DNA of 64,000 bases. It comes from a virus. Taxonomy: Duplodnaviria > Caudoviricetes. The notes under the pieces were generated by a model. The model ran no database searches and had not been told where the DNA came from. It saw only the letters and a program-made list of their open reading frames with translations. Where the stretch lies: IMG/VR virus record IMGVR_UViG_3300043078_000170. One strand, 5' to 3'. The position numbers and the translations under genes are program-made. Positions 58,180-64,000 of this stretch are shown one piece after another. How positions within the stretch are numbered: the first letter of the stretch is position 1; each line of letters opens with the position of its first letter.

Positions 58180-61100
58180 ATGGCAAATATGAAATCTTCA
58201 AAACAGACAGCTAATCAAGCTACTAACAATCTTGATCCAAATATGAGTAAAATAGCTGAGCAAACAAGTGCTATAGCATCAAGCTTATCTCAACAAAGTA
58301 GTTCGATTCAAGCTTTAAAAGATTCTATATCTAGAAAAGAAGCTAGTGATGAAAAATCTAATAAACAAATTACTTCATCATTACAAAATTCTGATAAATA
58401 TATACTTTCTATTAATACTAATTTAAAAAATATGAATCAAACAATAAGCTCTATGTCAAGTGTTGTATCTAATATGACAATGAATAGTAGCGCTACAGTA
58501 TCGTTGTTAGGTTCTATTCAAACAAGTTTAGTACAAATTACAAGCGTATTAGCAGCTTTTAGGTCAGATTATTTATTAGTAAATAGTGGTAATAAAGCAG
58601 ATGGTACAGGTTATTATGATATGAACCTCTTAAAAGAAATTGGTAGTTCTTTAAGAGGTGTTAAAAGTGCTGAATTACAAAGACAAATTAATTCAATTAT
58701 GAAAGCTGCTAATTATGCTAATATGGCTTCTAATTCCGTTAGAAGTAAGCTTGGTAATAAAAATATGGCTAAAGATGGTGATGAACCAACAGGTGCTATA
58801 GACAAATTATTAGGCGGTTTAACACAAGCAAAAGGTCTTGCAGGTTTAGGAGCATTTTTACAATTAGCTCCAGGAAAAGGAAAGGTTGGTAAAGCTTTAA
58901 ATAAAATAGGCGGTAAAGCTGCTAATTTTGCACAAGCTGATACATCTAGTATAGGTGGATTACTTGAATCATTAATGTCTGATAAACAAAAAGCACAAAT
59001 TTTAGATCCTTTAAAAAGTTTAGGAATGGACTTAAAAGGTAAAAATGATCCTTTAAGCCAAATACTTGCTTCTTTTATGGATAAAAATGGATTATCAAAA
59101 GATAAAAAAGAAAAAGAAAAAGACCCTAATCTAGTTTGGTCGGCTTTAGCTCCTTTTGCAGATGATATTAAAGATATGGTTGAAATGTCTTATGAAGGAG
59201 TTAAAAAAAGACCTAAAGCTATTCCTATATATGCTACACCTGTATGGGTGGTTAATAGTAAAGATCAAAATAATTATGTAGATCATTCTAAAGGAACTAA
59301 TGAAAAAGATTTACTTAATAAAAGAATAGATGAAATATTCCAAGGTGTTGCTAATAATACTAAAGATAAATTTGGTAATGATTTATTAGTTGATAATGGT
59401 GGAACATATTCTGGTGTATTAGCTGATAGATATAGCAAAGGTAAAAAAGCAATTAATGCTAGAAATGAATTAAATGATAAAAGAAATGCTGCTAGTAAAA
59501 AAGTTTATAATAGAAACCATGAAGACTCTAGCTGGATAGATGAAAATGGTAAAATACAAAAAGGTGGAGGAGATTTTAAACAAGCAGCTGAAGAATTTAG
59601 TGGAATTGCAGGAAAAAAATACGGTCCAAACGGTGAAATTTCTGGCGGTTCTGGTATTTTAGGTGCTGCAGGTAGTTTACTAAGTGGTGATACTGAAGGA
59701 GCTTTGAATGCTGCTTTACAAAGTATAATGGAAGGTAACGGAGTCTCTGGCGCTTTTGGTTATGGTAAAGGTTTATTTAAAATGGGAAAAGCTGCTTTTG
59801 GTGGTATTAAAGGTTCACATAAAGGTGGTAAAAAAGGTAAAGGTGTAGATCCACGTAAAAAAAATGATAAAAACTCTTATGAAAATAGAGATGAAACTAC
59901 TAATGAGCATGAAGTAACACCTATTACTGCAGAAACTACTATTTTAAATGAAAAAGATACTAAAGAAGCTAAAACTAATAGAGATATTTTAACAGGACAA
60001 ATTACTGTAGCAGGTGCTATCAATGCTTTAGTAGATATGACTACACAAGAAAATATTTATTTAAGTCAAGCTGTAAATAATGGTAAAGTTGATCCAACTA
60101 AAGTTAAAAAATATCCAAGTTCTTTTGATAGTTTAATAAAATTAGCATCTTCTTTAAAAATAGATAAAGCAGGTTTAAAAGCTATTAGTCAATTTAAAAA
60201 AGTTTCTGATTTAACTAAAGTTATTAAAAAACCTAAAAATAAAACTATGACAACTTCTGAATATTTTTATGGCAAAACTCCTGAAGAATTAGAAGAAGAA
60301 AATAATGAAAAAGAAGGAGAAGAAAAGAAAGAAACTCCACTTGAAAAACTTATGAATAAAATTAATGACAAGAAAAAAGATATTACTGATAAATTAAAGG
60401 ATAAAGTTACAGGTAAATTAAAAGATAAAGTTATGCCTAAAGCTAAAGAATTAGGAAAAAAAGTATTAAATAAAGTTGAGAATAAGTTTGGAATGGCAGC
60501 AGGATCTGTAGGTAAAAAAATTAAATCTATGAAAGATATGAAAAAAAATTTTGAGGATAAAGTAGATAAAAAAGTAGATGCTGCTCTTGATAAAGGTATG
60601 GATTTAGCTGCAAAAGGTGCTAAAAAAGTTGGTGGTGCTTTAGTAGGTCTTGGTAAAAAAATGGCTAATAAAATGAAAAAGAAAAAAGACCCAAATGCCG
60701 AACTTGAGAAAATGTATGAAGACCAATTAAAAGCTAAACGAGGTGTTGGTGAAAAAGAAATAGAAGCAGCAGAATATGCAGTTGGTGCAGAAAAGGATGC
60801 AGCAGAAGATGCAGCAGCTAAAGAAAAAGAAACGGCACAGGAAATATCGGATGAAGAAAAGAAGGCTGCAGAAGAAAGAGAAAAAACTAGAAAAGAAAAT
60901 GAAGAAAAGCTTAAAGAAAAAAGAGAACAAGCTCAAGAACAAGAAATTGCACATGAACAAGCTGCTGCAGATGCTGAACTAGCAGTTAAAACAACAACTG
61001 CTGAAACTGAAGGAGCAGTTCAAGAAGCTGCAGCTACTGGCGAATCTGGTTTTAGTATTACTGGTGCTATTAAAAATGCTATAACAAAAGTTTCTGGTTT

Positions 61101-64000
61101 GCCATTGCCTGCTAAAATAGCATTAGGTGCTGCTGGTGTTGCTGCAGTAGGTGCTTTAGGAGCAAAGTTAATTAAGAAAATTAAAAAAATGGCATCAGGC
61201 AAAGGTGGAAAAGGTTCTGGAGATTCTGGTGGCAGTGAAGCAAAAGCTTCAGTTAGTAAAGATGCTACAAAAGCTGCTAAAAAAGAACAAAAGAAACAAG
61301 AAAAAGAACAAAAGAAACAAGAAAGAAAAGAAAAAAGAGAAAAAGCTAAAAAGAAAATAAAAAGAGGTGCAAGATCTTTTCTTAATAGATTAACTGGTGG
61401 ATTAACTGCTGCAAAAGTTTATGTAGATGAAAATGGTGATGTTTTAAAATCTAAAGGTGACCAACCAATCATGATGTTAGATGATAATGGTGATGAAACA
61501 GACCAAACTTTAAATGTTAAAGATAGTGATGGTAAAAAGCAGTTTCTTAAAAGATTAATGAAAAGAGAATTTAAAATAGATAAAGGTAAAGCTCTTAAAC
61601 AAACTTTAAATAAAATTAAAAATAAAGCTAAAGAAAAAATAGAAGCTGCTAAAGAAAAAATATCTGAAGGTAAAGAAAATGCTAAATCTTCTTTAAAAAA
61701 AGGTCTTGGAATTGCAGGAAAAATAGGTCTTGGATTAATAGGTGGTCCAGGTGCTTTAATTGCAGGCGGTTTAGCTAAAAAAGCTATTGGTGGATTAACT
61801 AAAAAGAAAAATGAAAAAGCCGATAAATTAAATCAATTATTATTAATGTCATCTTCTGCTTATTTATTCATGGATTCTAAACTTCAAGAACAATTAGAAA
61901 ATATTGAAAATAGTGATTTTGGTAAATTAATAAATGAAAATCCACAACAAGCTTCTAGTTTATTATTTAGTACTGCTGCAAGTAGTCTTAATAGTATAAT
62001 TAGTGGAGTATCAGATGTTACAAGTGATTTATCGTCTGTTGTAAGTAGCTTAGTCGATAAGGTTACTGGTGATGATGAAGAAACTAAAGCTAAGTCTGCA
62101 TATTCTTCAGACTTATCGGATGGCTCTTTCAGTGAAAGTGCTACAGTTGCTTATGCACAGATGAATGAACGTAATAATAATAATGAAGTATTAAACTCTT
62201 TTGCTAAAAGTATAGTCGGAACAGCTTCTACAGCTAGTGATAATGGTAATGCAATGACTACTTCTAAATTAGTTAATTCAGAAAGAAAAAATAATGCTGT
62301 AAAAATTGGTGTAGTAGATGGTGTAGCAGGAAGTTCAGCAACAGCTTCTAGCGGTAATGGTGGTGCAGGTGTCTTAGCTGCAACAGCTCAAGTCTGTGTA
62401 GCTTATAATAACGCAGGTATTACTGGTAAAGAAGGTGACTATAATCAAGATGGTTTAACTCTTGATATTAATGTTGGTGGACAAACTATTAATACTAGAC
62501 CTGACTGTACTGGTTTGATTGATGCTGTACTTGAATATATGGGTTATGATTCTGAAAAAATGAATTCTCTTAAATTTAAAGAATGCTCAGGTATTAAAGA
62601 CTCTTCTGGTAATATTTCTACAGACTGGACTCTTATTGATAGCCCTGAACTAACTGATATTCAAGCAGGCGATATTTGTATTGTAAATAGTAACGGTAAT
62701 CACCACGGTGAAATTGCTGCTGGTCCTATTGATGATAGTGGTACATTATATGGATTTAACTATGGTTGGGAAACAGGTATGAAAAGATCAAATGCTGCTG
62801 CAGCAGAAGCTTTAGCAGGCACTGATTATTTAACTGCTTGTATTAACAATAGTTCTACAATTAATGGGCATAAATATTATGACCGTATTATTAGATATAA
62901 TGTTGCTACAACTACTAACTCTAATTCATCTTCTTCTGCTTCTGTATCAGCAGGTATGTCCGCAGATACATTCTTTATTAATGATTTAGGATTAGATTCT
63001 TCTAATCCAACATCTAGAGGATTCTCTGCACATAAAGGTACTGACTATAGAGCAGCTTCTGGTACAGCAGTTCATACGCCAACAGGCGGTACTGTTGTTA
63101 AAGCTACTAAGGATCAAGCATCTATTTCATCATCTATGGGTAGATATGTAATAATTAAAGATAATGATGGTAACTATTGGAGATATATGCATTTTAGTGC
63201 TATACCTTCTGTTGCTACTGGAGATAGTTTAACACCTGGTCAGCTTATTGGTTATTCAGGTGGAGATACTAGTGACCCTTATAGAGGTGATTCTACTGGA
63301 GCACATCTTCACGTAGACTTATCATCATCAAGCACAGTTGATGGCAAGAATAATAATATGATGGATGTACAAAAATATACTTTAACTGGTAAAGGTAGAT
63401 CAAGTAATAATCATATTTATCAAAGAGATTATTCTAATTATATTTATAATACCGATAAAGACTCTGAATTACAAACATTAGGTGACTCTGGTTGTGGACC
63501 TGCTGCAGCAACTGCTGTTAAAAGATATTATGTCGGAAGAGGTCTTAAGAAGTATGGTGGAGATAAAGAAGATGATACAACTACAACTGATACAACAACA
63601 GCAACTGCTTCTGAAGATACAACTGATACAAATACTGCAACAGATAGTACAGCAGATGCATCTACAACACAAAAAACTGCAACTGTTGGTGAATCAGTAA
63701 CAGTTGTTGATGAGAAATTTAATCATACTTATGAATTAACTTTACAACAATGTCATATAGATGTATGGAATGGAATAAAAGCTGCAGGACTTACTGACGA
63801 AGCCGCTTGTGGTGTTTTAGGTAACTTTCTATCAGAATGTGGTAGTGGTGACTGGAATGAAGAAGTTGCTAAAGGTAAAACAGGTTATGGCGGTGGTCTT
63901 ATGCAATGGACACCTTATACTAAGCACCAAAATTGGTGTACTTCAAATGGTTATAGTGGTAAAGATACTACAATGGAAGCAAATATAGCTCATGTCGTTT
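58180..64000 (+). CDS. second giant paralog (over 1940 aa, runs off the window): NlpC/CHAP-like, M23 peptidase, C39-like Cys half, phage tail lysozyme
   Basis: SD AGGAG; frame open to window end; RPDCTGL..HHGEI; HKGTD..YMHF..STGAHLH; YQRD..GCGP; AACGVLGNFLSE..GLMQWT; N-terminal region homologous to 51565 gene. Confidence 0.85.
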   Translation, partial: MANMKSSKQTANQATNNLDPNMSKIAEQTSAIASSLSQQSSSIQALKDSISRKEASDEKSNKQITSSLQNSDKYILSINTNLKNMNQTISSMSSVVSNMTMNSSATVSLLGSIQTSLVQITSVLAAFRSDYLLVNSGNKADGTGYYDMNLLKEIGSSLRGVKSAELQRQINSIMKAANYANMASNSVRSKLGNKNMAKDGDEPTGAIDKLLGGLTQAKGLAGLGAFLQLAPGKGKVGKALNKIGGKAANFAQADTSSIGGLLESLMSDKQKAQILDPLKSLGMDLKGKNDPLSQILASFMDKNGLSKDKKEKEKDPNLVWSALAPFADDIKDMVEMSYEGVKKRPKAIPIYATPVWVVNSKDQNNYVDHSKGTNEKDLLNKRIDEIFQGVANNTKDKFGNDLLVDNGGTYSGVLADRYSKGKKAINARNELNDKRNAASKKVYNRNHEDSSWIDENGKIQKGGGDFKQAAEEFSGIAGKKYGPNGEISGGSGILGAAGSLLSGDTEGALNAALQSIMEGNGVSGAFGYGKGLFKMGKAAFGGIKGSHKGGKKGKGVDPRKKNDKNSYENRDETTNEHEVTPITAETTILNEKDTKEAKTNRDILTGQITVAGAINALVDMTTQENIYLSQAVNNGKVDPTKVKKYPSSFDSLIKLASSLKIDKAGLKAISQFKKVSDLTKVIKKPKNKTMTTSEYFYGKTPEELEEENNEKEGEEKKETPLEKLMNKINDKKKDITDKLKDKVTGKLKDKVMPKAKELGKKVLNKVENKFGMAAGSVGKKIKSMKDMKKNFEDKVDKKVDAALDKGMDLAAKGAKKVGGALVGLGKKMANKMKKKKDPNAELEKMYEDQLKAKRGVGEKEIEAAEYAVGAEKDAAEDAAAKEKETAQEISDEEKKAAEEREKTRKENEEKLKEKREQAQEQEIAHEQAAADAELAVKTTTAETEGAVQEAAATGESGFSITGAIKNAITKVSGLPLPAKIALGAAGVAAVGALGAKLIKKIKKMASGKGGKGSGDSGGSEAKASVSKDATKAAKKEQKKQEKEQKKQERKEKREKAKKKIKRGARSFLNRLTGGLTAAKVYVDENGDVLKSKGDQPIMMLDDNGDETDQTLNVKDSDGKKQFLKRLMKREFKIDKGKALKQTLNKIKNKAKEKIEAAKEKISEGKENAKSSLKKGLGIAGKIGLGLIGGPGALIAGGLAKKAIGGLTKKKNEKADKLNQLLLMSSSAYLFMDSKLQEQLENIENSDFGKLINENPQQASSLLFSTAASSLNSIISGVSDVTSDLSSVVSSLVDKVTGDDEETKAKSAYSSDLSDGSFSESATVAYAQMNERNNNNEVLNSFAKSIVGTASTASDNGNAMTTSKLVNSERKNNAVKIGVVDGVAGSSATASSGNGGAGVLAATAQVCVAYNNAGITGKEGDYNQDGLTLDINVGGQTINTRPDCTGLIDAVLEYMGYDSEKMNSLKFKECSGIKDSSGNISTDWTLIDSPELTDIQAGDICIVNSNGNHHGEIAAGPIDDSGTLYGFNYGWETGMKRSNAAAAEALAGTDYLTACINNSSTINGHKYYDRIIRYNVATTTNSNSSSSASVSAGMSADTFFINDLGLDSSNPTSRGFSAHKGTDYRAASGTAVHTPTGGTVVKATKDQASISSSMGRYVIIKDNDGNYWRYMHFSAIPSVATGDSLTPGQLIGYSGGDTSDPYRGDSTGAHLHVDLSSSSTVDGKNNNMMDVQKYTLTGKGRSSNNHIYQRDYSNYIYNTDKDSELQTLGDSGCGPAAATAVKRYYVGRGLKKYGGDKEDDTTTTDTTTATASEDTTDTNTATDSTADASTTQKTATVGESVTVVDEKFNHTYELTLQQCHIDVWNGIKAAGLTDEAACGVLGNFLSECGSGDWNEEVAKGKTGYGGGLMQWTPYTKHQNWCTSNGYSGKDTTMEANIAHVV

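Noticed and set aside
53579-63700. Short antisense or alternate-frame ORFs within the giant genes, and similar ones at 48, 3065, 6694, 12330, 18355, 37490, 38113, 45284, 46693 and 47992
   Set aside because: Shadow ORFs from biased codon usage; no RBS and low-complexity translations.
1-64000. Stop-codon reassignment (TAG or TGA recoding)
   Set aside because: Genes are long and dense under the standard code; the breaks are explained by introns or a frameshift.
1-64000. CRISPR array, integrase, IS element or rRNA
   Set aside because: No regularly spaced repeats, transposase or integrase motifs, or rRNA-like sequence seen.

Overview
Very AT-rich segment of a jumbo myophage of the phiKZ/AR9/PBS1 type, most likely infecting a Firmicute (GH25 + Cpl-7 lysin, Firmicute-type RBSs). 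It carries scattered baseplate and virion genes, a GroEL-like chaperonin, RusA, a Dda/RecD-like helicase, gyrB+gyrA, tRNA-Tyr, two pieces of a phage multisubunit RNA polymerase, three Zn-repeat endonucleases and two tandem giant paralogous tail-hydrolase proteins. The second paralog runs off the window and is absent from the ORF track. Features not explained by the ORF track: (1) three group I introns, one in gyrB and two in the RNAP beta gene flanking a 54-nt micro-exon; one has its endonuclease in the P1 loop, so the guide sequence lies about 1.18 kb from the 5' splice site, and one has canonical splice sites that do not give an in-frame product; (2) two phage promoter classes, TATATATTAT and AACW-N6-TA, the latter matching the AR9 uracil-dependent late promoter; (3) a probable -1 frameshift in a tail/baseplate chaperone; (4) a tRNA 3' trailer with anti-Shine-Dalgarno motifs; (5) a C39-like protease present as two separated halves, flanked by G-x-G motifs, in the two giant paralogs. 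All protein calls come from reading motifs by eye; no database search was run.
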